From Chiloscyllium plagiosum (Eukaryota): 64,000 bases of DNA. Position numbers and translations under genes: made by a program. The stretch is taken from contig NC_057718.1 of NCBI RefSeq assembly GCF_004010195.1, positions 93,274,561-93,338,560 of the forward strand. The letters run 5' to 3'. This document shows, piece after piece, positions 1 to 12,115 of this stretch. A model generated the notes under the pieces. That model ran no database searches, was not told the origin of the DNA, and was given only the letters and a program-made list of their open reading frames with translations. Within the stretch, counting starts at the first letter, position 1. Every line of letters starts with the position of its first letter.

Positions 1-505
1 GACAGGATGGGGGAGTGGGTTGTAGGGGGGCGTGGACCTGACCAGGTAGTCACGGAGGGAATGGTCTTTGTGGAAGGCAAAAAGGGATAGGGAGGGAAAT
101 ATATCCCTGGTGGTGGGGTCTGTTTGGAGGTGGCGGAAATGTCGGCGGATGATTTGGTTTATGCGAAGGTTGGTAGGGTAGAAGGTGAGCATTGGGGGGC
201 TCTGTCCTTGTTACAGTTAGAGGGGTGGGGTTTGAGGGCGGAGGGGCGGGATGTGGACGAGATCCATTGGAGGGCACCTTTAACCACGTGGGAAGGGAAA
301 TTTCGGTCTCTAAAGAAGGAAGCCACCTGGTGTCTTCTGTGGTGGAACTGGTCCTCCTGGGAGCAGATACGGCGGCGGTGGAAGAATTGGGAATACGGGA
401 TGGCATTTTTGTCGGAGGTAGGGTGGGAAGAGGTGTAATCCAGGTAGCTGTGGGAGTCGGTGGGTTTGTAAAAAATGTCAGTGTCAAGTTGGTCGTCATT
501 AATGG
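1..505 (-). mobile_element. Penelope-like element (Neptune-type) ORF fragment, RT thumb/linker, 5'-truncated, runs off the window start
   Basis: Minus ORF 159-524 reads DTDIFYKPTDSHSYLDYTSSHP..KNAIPYSQF..RRICS, the typical PLE RT C-terminal region. Confidence 0.85.
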
Positions 506-1798
506 ATGTAACAGCCTCCTGCATTTCAATCCTTGCCCCTCTTCTCTCTCACCCACACATTGTATGTTATACGATGTACAGGGAGTTGTGAAATGCAAAC
601 CAAGGCCATAAACACAGTTTTCTTTTTGCAGATGTTCAAGTGATATCATAATGAGGAAGCCTTGGTCAGACTATATATTTCTGTTGGCTCAATGTGCTGA
701 TTAGGATCTGTGCATAAAATCCATGCTTGCCATACTTAAACAGTTATTAGCCCATTTATTTCAAAGATGAAATCATCTTTCAATCTGCTAAAACTTAACA
801 GTCCAGAGCCTTCTGAGTCTCTGTTCATAAAAACTAAGACCCAGTGCTATGTCAGTTTTCTCCATCACTATATAATGCTCCACCAAACATTTTCCCTCGT
901 GAGGCACTTAACTGTCGTCAATATAATAAACTTTTATTTGTATTTTATGTTTTGTTTTTTTTTAAAACTAAGACTTCTGCTGCATTTCAGGTCATTCCAC
1001 TCGCAAACATGATTCTAATCTAACTAAAACGTCAAGAAGTTTAGGATCAGCTGGGAGCAGTTGAAATTCCGACGTTGCATTTTTTTGTTGAATGGGGTAA
1101 CAAGGTTTAAATCAGATATCCAGCTTTAATGATTAAAAAAAGCACTTGAAGAGCATCTCAGCTTTCTGCATCAACTCAAATGTGACTGCGCAAATGAAAT
1201 ATCTACTGTCAACATCGTGAGCTAAATCTTCATTCACCTCATTCTATTGAATAAAGGTCAGCCCACATTTGAACCATTTTGTTTGAGCTTCTTTCCCATG
1301 AACACGAAAAGGCAGTTGGGTTGGGAACTCAGGGAACCCAGATGTGAGCTGGGGTCAGATGTGAGAGAAAAGGAAGTGAGAACAGCTAAAAGGAAGGGAC
1401 CATTATGGGCCACAACAGAACTATGACCTCATTTCTTAACAGATAGTTTCACCGAGCAGAACATTTTCTACAAAATACAGCATCAAGATGATATCACAGT
1501 CCTCCACATTGATGTCCCTTCCTGGATGAAACAACACTGCCATTAAGATAGGATCAGAATGTTGCCTATGTGTTAGCTCACGTGACATTTGCTACTGACG
1601 GTGGGTTCTTATTGAGACAGATGTCTTGAAGTTTGTTCGCAACACTATTTACATTGCTGGAAGATCACAGATGTACATAATCTGGGTTCTCTGCCTACAT
1701 TGTTACAATACATTGCAAGCACGTAACTGAACGTACTGCCCTGTCTTCGTTACCAGAGACTGACTGAAGGTAAAGCCTTTATACCAAATGTTTCATAT

Positions 1799-2873
1799 TG
1801 TGTAACTGTCTTAAATGTACACTGTCTGACTGTTGGAATAACACAACATCCCTGTTTGGCTTGAAAGAATGAGAACCTCTCTTAAAGGGATGTTAAACGA
1901 TGCATGTAGATATATTGTCCGATATCTTTTGGTCACACTTCCAATGGTCGAACAACAGGATCATATCTAGTCCTTTGTAAGGAACATGCCTTTTAAAATA
2001 AACTCTGGTGAGAAATGAGAAAGAACTGTTCTAAAACCAATGTCTAAAATGGTAACTGTAGTTTGAAAAGCAAGTAACTGAACCCCCCAATACAGACATC
2101 GTAAGCAACAAGTTGAATAAGCAGTAACTGACATTTGATTACAGGCAATATGCAGCTGAGGGAGTGTTCACATGCACCTTCTGCTGGCAATATTAACTTC
2201 ATTGGTCTATGGACTAGTGACTTGTTTCAATGACAGACACGTTCAGCCAACGATCCGTGATTGGTTCTCAGGTAACTAAAAGACTTGGAGCTGGGGACAA
2301 GTTATCGAGAGAGCTCAGGAATGGTCGTTGTATTTTCCGCTGTCAAAACCTGCTGTAACCCAATCCAAACTAGTTAATCTTTCCTGTAACAGTTGTTGTA
2401 CTCCTTGATTTAATGGATAAGTCAGTGATTCTTCACAAAGGAACTAATCGCCTTACATTTCTTACTAACCAGTAGAAGCATCCAGAAATAAATAAATGAA
2501 ACATTTCACTGGCCAATGGCAGAATCATAAAGGTCATCTCAACAAGAAGACTCGAGAAGACATATTACTGAAATGCTTGTCCAGTTCTTCCCTTCTGTTT
2601 GGCCGCCTGTGTAAGGGGGAGTTTATTAGACTTCAAGTTTTAATTATTAGTGTGATATGCTGAAAGTTTTAACTGTTTATCTGCAGCTAAAGTTAAATTA
2701 CTTGAAACACGTAACAGAAAAACCGGTCCATGCTTTCTACCAACCTGGGTGTGAAAGTTAGATAAATTGAGGATCTCTGCACAATTTTAAAAGACTTTAT
2801 CTTTTGTGACAACTCCAGGGATAGTGGGGATTGGACCGGTTTCCAGTTCACTAACCCAGTAAGGCATAACACA
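1799..2873. mobile_element. Possible solo LTR
   Basis: Starts TGTGTAAC and ends CATAACACA, with internal AATAAA and no ORF. Flanking TSD is imperfect (atat/ttat). Confidence 0.3.
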
Positions 2874-3913
2874 TTATACAGTTATCGTGGTTTGACTATC
2901 ATGCTTTACTCTCCAAGATAAGCTGTCTATCACCCCGGAGGCACGTGCATCATTTGTCATAGAGCTATGGTTGTTGTCTTCATGATATCCTCAATTTCCA
3001 AGTCATCACCCTGTGTGATGAGAAGTTACAATTTACAGTTTGGACATGTCATCTATTTCTTCACCTGATCATTGCTCATTACGATATTGTGTAACCTAGC
3101 AGGATACAAAGAGGTGGTGTCTTTCTGCAAACTCATGTGTTCACAAGGAAATCTTGTGTGTTCATAAGTACAAGACAGTGGTGGAATAGCAGGGCTGTGT
3201 GCCCAGAGCTCACCCATTCCCATCTGCTTCCTTCTTACTTACGCTTTTTTTCTTTTCTCTTTGCTTTCTTCACTCATTTTTCTTTTCCTTAAAGCTTCTT
3301 ACTGCAGGCTAATTGGTGGCATGGGCATGGCAGTAAGAGCAAGCTGTGCTCAGAATGGCATCAGCTTCCTGGCATTCTGAGGTGGTGAGTGAGACTCCTC
3401 CTGGTGATTGGAAGCTATCGCAGTGGGCATTTCAAGATGGCAGTATTGGCAAGATGACATCTTGGAGGAGGGCAACTGGAGTAGGACTCTGGGCGATGCT
3501 GCAGCCTGGCCTAGCAGTGGAGCCTTAGACTCCTGGTAGCAGTAGACCCAGAGCGGGGAGTCCTGGCATTGGCGTGGCAGCAGCTTGGTATGCCTGGAGT
3601 GAAGACACTTGCTGTCATCAAGGTGGAAAAAGAACCAGGGATTCCTGGTTACGTTAGAGGCGGGCCAAGACTGGGGGGCTCCTAGTTATCAACGAGATGG
3701 CGGTCACAGCTCTAGGCAGCTGCAGGGTCAGAGTCAGGGACTCCTGGTCGAGGGGTGAATGTTCAATACCAGGTAGTGTCAGTGAGGTGGACATGGCACT
3801 GAAGAGAAGGAGCCTAAAGAATGGCAACTCCTACTTTGGTGGGACCAATACAAGCAGCTGCAAGAGGATGGAGTGGTAAGTATTGTTGCATATTTGCATG
3901 GCTTAGCATGCAT

Positions 3914-4236
3914 GGAATCCCTACTGTATGAAAGCAGGCCATTCAGCCCATTGAGTCCACACCAACCCTCTGAAAGGCATTCCAATCTGATCCAGCCCCT
4001 ACCCTATCCCAGCATCGCCCATGGCTGGCCCACTTAACCTTCACATACCTGGACGCTATGGGGCAACATAGCAAGGACAATCCAACTAATCTTTGGACTG
4101 TGGGAGGAAACCAGAGTGCCTTGTAAAACCCACGCAGACACGGGGAGAATGTGCAAACTCCGCACAGATAGTGGCCTGTGGCTGGAAATGAACATGGGCA
4201 CTGTGAGGCAGCAGTGCTAACCACTGAGCCATCATT
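3914..4236 (-). mobile_element. HE1 SINE (tRNA-derived V-SINE)
   Basis: Reverse complement of tRNA-like head (ggctcagtggttagcactgctgcctcacag), V-domain (gagtttgcacattctccccgtgtctgcgtggg) and CR1-like tail. Confidence 0.85.
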
Positions 4237-5344
4237 GGTGGACACAGTGAAATGAAAACAGACTCAGTTATATCTTTTCATTCTTAAACCATTCAAAATG
4301 GTGCTGGACTGTGGCGACAGTTGAAGCCTTTCAACGTATTTTATTGTATTATTAATTTTAAAATGCAAGAGACAATAGATGATTCAATGCAATTCACTTC
4401 AAGATCTTAAACTCTTTCACTTGATGCTAGTTCAAGTTGTGAGAATGTCTGTCTGCTCATTGTTCAATGCTCTTGGTCCATTCTCTCCCCTCTTTCCAAC
4501 AACGCATCGCCCACATGTGGTTGCCTGCTGAGAGTGTGGTAGGGAAGAATGATTTGGATCTTTCACCCAAATATGCAAGATCCTGGAGAGCATAAACCAT
4601 TGCCTTGAAGAGGAGATTTACTATAGTTGTCTGAAGATCTTAGCAAATCAATTTATACAAAACTCTCATGGATTTTACATCATACTCAGAACATTCTTCA
4701 AGGCCCTTACTCCGAGAGCGGTGAGGAGAAGAAATAATAAGTTGAACCTCCATTTTTTACATGTGTCTTGGAAGAGTGCAATTGTGAATTGCAGACCATT
4801 GTCAGATATAATTTGCTTCAGAATATCAAGCGTACTGAATCTGGCAGTTAATCCCTTGCATTAATGATATATTTATTTATCACACAGAGGGAAGCTTAGT
4901 TTAGTAGTCAGTCACCAGAATGTAATTCTGTCCTTGAATATGGAAAATATCAGCTTGCAATTTTGCAGCCTGGACTCCAGGAGAGTCCTAGCTTAGGGAC
5001 TAAGTACAAGAGCTATCTACAAGGTCACAGGTTACAGACTTATCGTCAAAGAGTCCATGTAGTCAACATGACATACCATGTCGATGCCATTAGAAAAGGT
5101 GAAGCCTTTCCCTCCGTCCAAGTCATGTACCCCAAAAGGGAAAGATAATACGCACTTAATGCAAAGTTTGGCTCAGGTTAAGTGTAAAGATCATCACTTT
5201 ACCATCTGACAAGAGGCGGATACAGGAAACTGGCACAATGTGGTTCAGTCCACACACCAAAAGCTAACTGTTTGCATTGGCTCTGAAATCCCTTGCAAAA
5301 GTATTATCCATGTTCAATATCAATCTGGCTCCTGGGGATACGGT

Positions 5345-5614
5345 GGGCGGCACAGTGGCACAGTGGTTAGCATTGCTGTCTCACAGTGCAGGAGACCCGT
5401 GTTCAATTCCCGCCACAGGTGACTGACTGTGTGGAGTTAGCATGTTGTCTGCGTGGGTTTCCTCCCACAGTCCAAAGATGTGCAGGTTAGGTGAATTGCC
5501 CGTAGTGTTGGTAAGGGGTAAATATAGGGGTATGGGTGGGTTGCGCTTCGGCGGGTCGGTGTGGACTTGTTGGGCCGAAGGGCCTGTTTCCACACTGTAA
5601 TGTAATCTAATCTA
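5345..5614 (+). mobile_element. HE1 SINE
   Basis: gggcggcacagtggcacagtggttagc head, gttcaattccc B-box, tail gggccgaagggcctgtttccacactgtaatgtaatctaatcta. Confidence 0.9.
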
Positions 5615-5843
5615 AAGATACCAGTCACTCTCAAGTTGGCTGGGACTTGGAGGCCAAGTGCCAAATCCAGTTTTGCAAATGCTCCCATCTTAAAATACAG
5701 ACAAGCCCTGCATTTCAAACAGGTTTCATTCTGGAGTGCTCCTGTAAGTTGATTTTTTTGCAAGTCAGAACACAATGTAGGACAATGCAAAGCAGTTGTT
5801 CACAAATATGGGAAATGTTTGTATGTTGGACCTTTAAAATTAC

Positions 5844-6017
5844 TGGAGAATCAACGTTTCGGGCATAAGCCCTTCTTCAGGAATGGGTTCCTGAAGAAGG
5901 GCTTATGCCTGAAACGTCGATTCTCCTGCTCCTTGGATGCTGCCTGACCTGCTGCGCTTTTCCAGCACCACATTTTTCAGCTCTGATCTCCAGCATCTGC
6001 AGTCCTCACTTTCTCCT
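5844..6017 (+). mobile_element. Short PLE (family A) pLTR insertion with inverted arm
   Basis: 13-bp TSD cctttaaaattac at 5831-5843 and 6018-6030. Inverted arms at 5845-5883 and 5888-5926. Confidence 0.85.
5891..5918 (+). ncRNA. Minimal hammerhead ribozyme motif (PLE-type)
   Basis: CTGAAGA-A-GGGC-TTAT-GCCT-GAAAC-GTC. A second copy lies on the minus strand at about 5853-5880. Confidence 0.7.
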
Positions 6018-6927
6018 CCTTTAAAATTACACACCTGTATGGGTTCCCATTTGAACCTGCAAGAATTGGTAAGTCGGACGTTGGTAAATCAGGGACCTCT
6101 GTATGAACCAGTAATCTCACATGAATCCTACTTTAATCATTTATTTGAACTACTCGTCCCTTTACCTTTTCAAAGTGGCAGGAAGTGGTTGGAGATTTGG
6201 TGTTGTACTTGATCAGTTGCAATTGATTGAGTCATGCTAGCCTTTTGACAATGAGGATTGAATTTTCTTTAGGTATCTTCTGAAACAAAATGATAAAGCA
6301 GTGGGAAAAAAGAACTTCATTCAACATCATACCAGGATACTACTGTCAGGATAATTTCTGACCACTCCTTCTTCTCATGCTTGGATATCCAGTGGTAATG
6401 TTGGTGGTGGGAGACGCAGATGGAGGACAATTTATGTTCAGTCTACCTCACTGGGTTACTGCACTGGAGATCAAACAATGGAGTCAAAGTGAAAGTTAAC
6501 GATATCATAAGAGTGGAGAATTTTGAAATGCTCTGGTCTTTTAGACTCTGACTGACAAGAACCAAGGACCAGATTTCTATACTTAACAAGCATTACAATT
6601 TATTATGAATAAATAGACTCTAGCTGCAGGCAAATAATTTTGAATTAACAGAATGTAATGCTACTGGTCAAAAATCTAATTCACTTCATAAACCTCCCTA
6701 TACACACACCCTATAGACTGACACAGAAAAAATAGAAAGACATGGTTGTTATGGGTAGAGTGTAAGACTGGAAATTCAGAGCAATGGTCTCAGCTCATTG
6801 GATTTACTGTGATGGTTCCTGTGCTGATGAGAATATGACTTCTTGATCTTCCTTCTGCAGGTACTTTTACTAGTTTTCAGAAGGCACAGGGTGACTTGGT
6901 CAGACTTATAGAAGGTCGCTGACTTAT

Positions 6928-7228
6928 TACAGAATCCCTACAGCATGGAAACAGGCCCTTCAGCACTACAAGTCCAAAGAGTATCCCACCTAAACCTATT
7001 CCCCATTGCCCTACACTTACCCCTAAACTACACATCCCTGAATGCTATGGGCAATTTAGCATGGCCAATTCACGTAACCTGTATATCTTTAAATGTGGGA
7101 GGAAACCGGAGCACCTGGAGGAAATCCACGCAGACTTGGGGAGAATGTGCAAACTCCACACAGACAGTTGCCTGAGACTGGTATCGAACCAGGGTCCCTG
7201 GCGCTGTTAAGCCGCACTGTGCCACCCT
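6928..7228 (-). mobile_element. HE1 SINE
   Basis: Same head, V-domain and tail as the 5345 copy, reverse complemented. Confidence 0.88.
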
Positions 7229-7261
7229 GTGGCTATTAATGAATAGCCACAGATTGCAGGA

Positions 7262-7311
7262 ACTGCTGAAGTAAAAATTACCTGAAGACTGCTGAAGTAA
7301 AACTTACCTGA
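7262..7311. repeat. 26-bp tandem duplication
   Basis: actgctgaagtaaaa(a/c)ttacctga occurs twice. Confidence 0.85.
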
Positions 7312-7956
7312 TTTTCTTCAGTGTTTAAAGTGTTCAATACTACAGAGAACAGAGAAAGCTCCTGAGCGTGCACAGATCTAATGACTCCTCAGTCCCTTGC
7401 TCTGAGCCCTGAGGTACTTAACTACCTGGGAGCCAATTACAATGCTGCTGGCAAATGGAAGGCCGACATCATCGATAACTGGTCACTAGTCCACAGACCA
7501 ATCATCTCCTTGTTGTTGACTGAATCGCTATTTGTATACATCTCAGGGGTCCAGGTCACTTGCAAACCATATACTACAGTTAACCCGGCAGCTATGTGAA
7601 CAGTACTTACAATGAGTGTCAGGTTATTTGATTTCAAAAACTGCAGTAATCTTTCAATAATTCTTAGTTTTTAAATGATTTTCTTTGCATTTCAGTCAAC
7701 AATCAAAAATGCAGAAAATTAAAAAGACAAAAACAAAAAAAACCCTCTTTATAGCTGTCTAATGCTAATCAGTTTACTTCACATATTTCTCTGCATGTAT
7801 CCCCTCTTTTTTCTTAAACTCTGCCCACTCTGTGGTATTTATGCCAGTGAGGAACAACCTCATGATTTCATTGCAATGTTGTCCTAGGGCACAAAAGCAG
7901 TTCCACATGAATAAGGTCTCCCCTCTCCCTCTATTTAGCCATCTCGGAGTTTTTTT

Positions 7957-8246
7957 TTAGATTAGATTACATTACAGTGTGGAACCAGGCCCTTCGGCCC
8001 AACAAGTCCACACCCACCCGTACCCCTACATTTACCCCTTACCTAACACTACGGGCAATTTAGCATGGCCAATTCACCTGACCTGCACATCTTTGGACTG
8101 TGGGAGGAAACCGGAGCACCTGGAGGAAACCCACGCAGACATGGGGAGAACATGCAAACTCCACACAGTCAGTCGCCTGAGGCGGGAATTGAATCCGGAT
8201 CTCTGGCGCTGTGAGGCGGCAGTGCTAACCACTGTGCCACCGTGCC
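7957..8246 (-). mobile_element. HE1 SINE (young copy)
   Basis: tagattagattacattacagtgtggaa...gctaaccactgtgccaccgtgcc. Confidence 0.9.
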
Positions 8247-8250
8247 AATA

Positions 8251-8425
8251 CAGAGGAACCTCAATTATCCGGCATTCGATTATCCCAATTTCGGATTATC
8301 CGAACATGATCACAAGGTCCCGATGCTTGGCTAAACTGTGTTATCCGGCATTCAATTATCCAAACATTCGATTATCCGACAAAATACTCCCCACCTGTAT
8401 CATTCTGATAATCGAGGTTCTTCTG
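8251..8425. mobile_element. Tc1/mariner-pogo (Tigger-like) MITE
   Basis: TA then CAGAGGAACCTCAATTATCCG ... CTGATAATCGAGGTTCTTCTG, a 21-bp TIR with 3 mismatches. Internal attcgattatcc repeats. Confidence 0.75.
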
Positions 8426-8559
8426 TTGTCTCTGTTTCAGATGAGTCTGAACAGGTTTGTCTTCTGTTCTTCTGCTGTTGGTGAGCATTCCAGAGCTACT
8501 TACGATTGCTTTACTATGCCTCAACCTCCAACTCAGGAACCTCAGATAGGGTCATGTCA

Positions 8560-8831
8560 AGGTAGAAATCTAGCCATCATGGAGGTGGCGGAATTTGAAT
8601 TCAGTAAACATATCTGGAATTAAGACCTAAACGATGACCATGCAGATTGTTGGAAAAACCCAACTGGTTCACTAATGCCCTTCAGGGAAGGAAACTGCCA
8701 TCCTTACCAGGTCTGGCCTACATGTGACTCCAGACCCACAACCATGTGGTTGATCCTTAATCCTCACTCTGGGCAATTACGATGAACAATAAATGCTGGC
8801 CTAGGCAGTGATGCCATTATCCTGTGAATGA
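8560..8831 (+). mobile_element. tRNA-derived SINE, second family (5'-degraded)
   Basis: Core ctggttcactaatgcccttcagggaaggaaactgccatccttacc, shared with the 10677, 45360 and 55710 copies. Confidence 0.75.
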
Positions 8832-8944
8832 GAAAATGTCAAGTGTATTTCAGGCTTGGTACAATTTGGACCAACAGACCACTACAAGACTGGTTTAGAA
8901 GGTAATCTTGCAGCAATCCAATTGTCTGTCTGATCATTTAGGTC

Positions 8945-9022
8945 ATGGAGTCATAGAGATGTACAGCATGAAAACAGACCCTTCGGTCCAACCTGTCCAT
9001 GCCGACCAGATATCCCAACCCA
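8945..9022 (-). mobile_element. CR1/HER1 LINE 3' tail fragment
   Basis: Reverse complement of the tail at 18700-18775. Confidence 0.8.
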
Positions 9023-9544
9023 TGAACATTCGGATATCTCAGTGAGTAGATGTAATATTTAAACACATGTTGACCCACGACATCACACCAACCCTTTCTG
9101 AATCTCTTGGCTGATCTTTACCGGACACTGTGATCTCACTCATCCCATGCTAAAACAATGTGTGTGGAGGAGTAGGCAAACCAGCTAAAAGCTGCCTTAC
9201 AGCAAGTTACTGCCAGGATCAGTATTTCTTAACTTAAGTCAGGTTCTGTGCTCAGGAAGAGTTTCCACCTCACAGAGTTGCTGGGGATGGCTTTAGGTTC
9301 TGTCGTGCCAGCAGCACCATCAGTAACAGTGGTCATTGCTGGTACTACAGGAAGCTGCAGCCTGTTTGCAATGGCTCTCTGCATGAGCTCCCTTTGGACT
9401 CCTTGACTGTTTCTCCCAGCAGGAACACTCTGTTCCTCACGCTCTGACCTCTGACCCACTCGCCGTACCTTCGTACCTCTGGATGTCTAGTTTGTCCAGC
9501 TGTACATTCTGATGGCCCTTCTCAAAACTCCATCAAGCCCTGGT

Positions 9545-9958
9545 CATTATTCCAGTGACTGAGACTAAAAACCAGGGCTGGTGCTACTGGGAGGTTTTAG
9601 CTGAGGCACTCAGCTGAGGCTGTGCACTCTCTGTTTGGGTGGATACAGAAGATCCCACGGCATTTTTTTGAAGAAAAGCAGGGAGATTTTCCCGAGTGGG
9701 AGAAAGTGAGGACTGCAGATGCTGGAGATCAAAATCAAAAAGTGTGGTGCCGTAAAAGCACAGTGCCCTGATTAATATCAGTCCCTCAATCAAAACAGAT
9801 CACCATCACATTGCTATTTTGTGGGAGCTTGCTGTGCAGAAATTGCTTGCCATGTTTCTGACACTGTACATGTAACAGCACTTGAGAAGTACTTCAACAA
9901 TTGTAAAGTGCTTAGAGATACCTGCAGCTACGAATGACACAATCTCAATGCAAGATTT
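9545..9958 (+). mobile_element. Deu-domain SINE (SacSINE1-like), interrupted by a PLE family A fragment at about 9699-9763
   Basis: ggtggatacagaagatcccacggcat..gaagaaaagcagggag, cacattgctattttgtgggagcttgctgtgc, tail aatgcaag. Confidence 0.7.
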
Positions 9959-9959
9959 T

Positions 9960-10289
9960 TAGATTAGATTCCCTACAGTATGGAAACAGCCCCTTCAGCA
10001 CAACAAGTCCACACTGACCCTCTGAAGAGTAACCCACCCGGACCCATTCCCCTACCCTATATTTACCCCAGACTAATGCGCCTAACGTTCTGGGCAATTT
10101 ATCATGGCCAATTCACCTGGCCAGCACATCTTTGGATTGTGCGAGGAAACCGGAACACCCAGAGGGAGCCCGTGCAGACGCGGGGAGAATGTGAAAACTC
10201 CACACAGACAGTCACCCGAGGCAGGAATCGAACCTGGGTCCCTGGCGCTGTGAGGCAGCACTGCTAACTACTGAGCCACCGTGCCACCC
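9960..10289 (-). mobile_element. HE1 SINE
   Basis: Full-length reverse-complement copy. Confidence 0.9.
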
Positions 10290-10676
10290 ATAACTGACTT
10301 TTTGTCACTGACCTGCAAAGTTTCAACAAATCCTCCTCACTCTGTTTCTTGAGCTCAGTGTCCCCCTTTACTTATGTTTGTTGGGGATGTTCTCTATCAC
10401 TAAAGATACTATCCTGTCATACTAATTGGAGAGATATTTAATGAATCTTGATTCATGTCTTGTCCTAATACTGGAGTCAAATGGTGTATGGCTTTCCTGA
10501 AGTTCCGTACTGTCACACAGCACCGAGGTGTGGTGTCACTCCCACTTAAAAGTCATACAGGGCACTGTGAAATTGGTCTGCAAATGACTTGTATGTTTTG
10601 AAAATGTTACCTGTGCATTCTAACTATTTCAGCAACAAAGACAAAGATGGGAATTCCATGAACGTGCCAAATGCAG

Positions 10677-11000
10677 GGGAGGCAATCGCCTAGTGGTATT
10701 GTCACTAGACTATTAATCCAACAGCTAGAATAATGTCCTGGAGACATGGGTTCAATTCCTGCCACAGCAGATGGTAAACTCTGAATTCAATTTTTAAAAA
10801 TCTGGAAATAAGAATCTTAAACCATTGTCGACTGTTGGGAAAACCCATCTGGTTCACAAATGTCCTTTAGGGAAGGAACTGCCATCCTTAACTGGTCTGG
10901 CCTATATGTGACTCCACAGTGGTTGACTCTCGCCTGCTCTCTGGGCAATGAATGCTGGCCTAGCCAGTGATGCCGTCATCCTATGAGTGAATTAAAAAAA
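10677..11000 (+). mobile_element. tRNA-derived SINE, second family, near full length
   Basis: A-box-like gcctagtgg, B-box gggttcaattcc, shared core, 3' gaattaaaaaaaa. Confidence 0.8.
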
Positions 11001-11217
11001 AGATCTCTGCCAGCGTGTAAAATTAAGCTAGGAAGGTGAGCACAAAGTGCTTGTCTGGCTGGAATCAACACTGGTGCTCAGCCTGAGGCTATGATCTACC
11101 GCGTGAATATCATACGAATCAGTGGTAAAGCTGTCAAGCCAGGTACTTACTATTCTTGTAGATAGCCCTCCAACCATGTCAGCTGTCAATACTTGCTTTG
11201 CATTAATATAAAAATAA

Positions 11218-11429
11218 CTGCCTTATAATCTGTCCATAATTCTGCTTGTCATGTGCTGACGTACAGACAAAAATATTAGCTTCAACATATTTGAGACAAT
11301 TAAGTCAAAATTATATCACACACTTTAGTGAATTAAGCTGCCCTATAATCTGTCCATAATTCTACTTGTCATGTGCTAACATACATACAAAAATATTAGC
11401 TTCTACATATTTGAGACAATTAAGTCAAA
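11218..11429. repeat. Direct duplication with 120-bp period (about 92 bp duplicated)
   Basis: 11218-11309 matches 11338-11429 with few mismatches. Confidence 0.9.
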
Positions 11430-12115
11430 TTTCTAGCACTCACTGTAACAACGAGGTCCTTCATAAACTTTGGTCATGTTAATACTTAGGCAGTTTGAGA
11501 TATATTGGCATATACATTTTCCCAATCTCCATTCTCTTTCCAAAAAGCTTATGCAATAATAATGGAAAGAAAAAAAAATCACAGGAAGATTCATGGGCAT
11601 GGATTCATGGGCATGGGCGGCCTGGAGTCTTGGTATGATTACAGAAGGAAGAAATTCAGTTCTTCCGCTGTCTCTTTGCAAGAATTCAGCTAGTCCTGCT
11701 CCCCTGTGGGTTTACAAATATTTTTCCTTCTTGTTCAATTCTGTTTTGAGAACCTTGATTAAACCTGCCTCTAGTACCCTCTCAGGGACCTCTCTGGACC
11801 CTGACTGATCTCTACATTAAAAAGCTTTATCCTCATGCTGCCTCAGTGACTTGTCTTATGAGGGGATGGTATGTCAGAGAAGCTTATGTGGGGAGTGTGC
11901 AAGGTGTAGGTTAGATCATTAATTTCACCTTTTAATTTCAGATTTCCAGCGCCTGCAGTATTTTGTGTGTGTTGAAATTACATTTTCAGAAATTGCACAT
12001 CTTGGAAGTTTATGCCCCTGCGGCTTTACTTGCAACTGAAAAACCTGAATGTTTCATGGATTTCACATTCGTGGATGTTTCATCTTGCTGGTTGGAAACA
12101 ATCGAATAACCAACA

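Noticed and set aside
2880..3170. Minus-strand LGYTIS motif suggesting Gypsy RT
   Set aside because: A six-residue match with no other readable RT motif.
5345..5415. tRNA-like sequences (here and at other SINE heads)
   Set aside because: These are A/B-box heads of SINEs, not cloverleaf tRNA genes.
6490..7760. Possible LTR-like element around the 6928 HE1
   Set aside because: Could not define TG..CA termini or a TSD.
7979..8623. 214-aa ORF
   Set aside because: Chance read-through of an antisense HE1, a MITE and a SINE.
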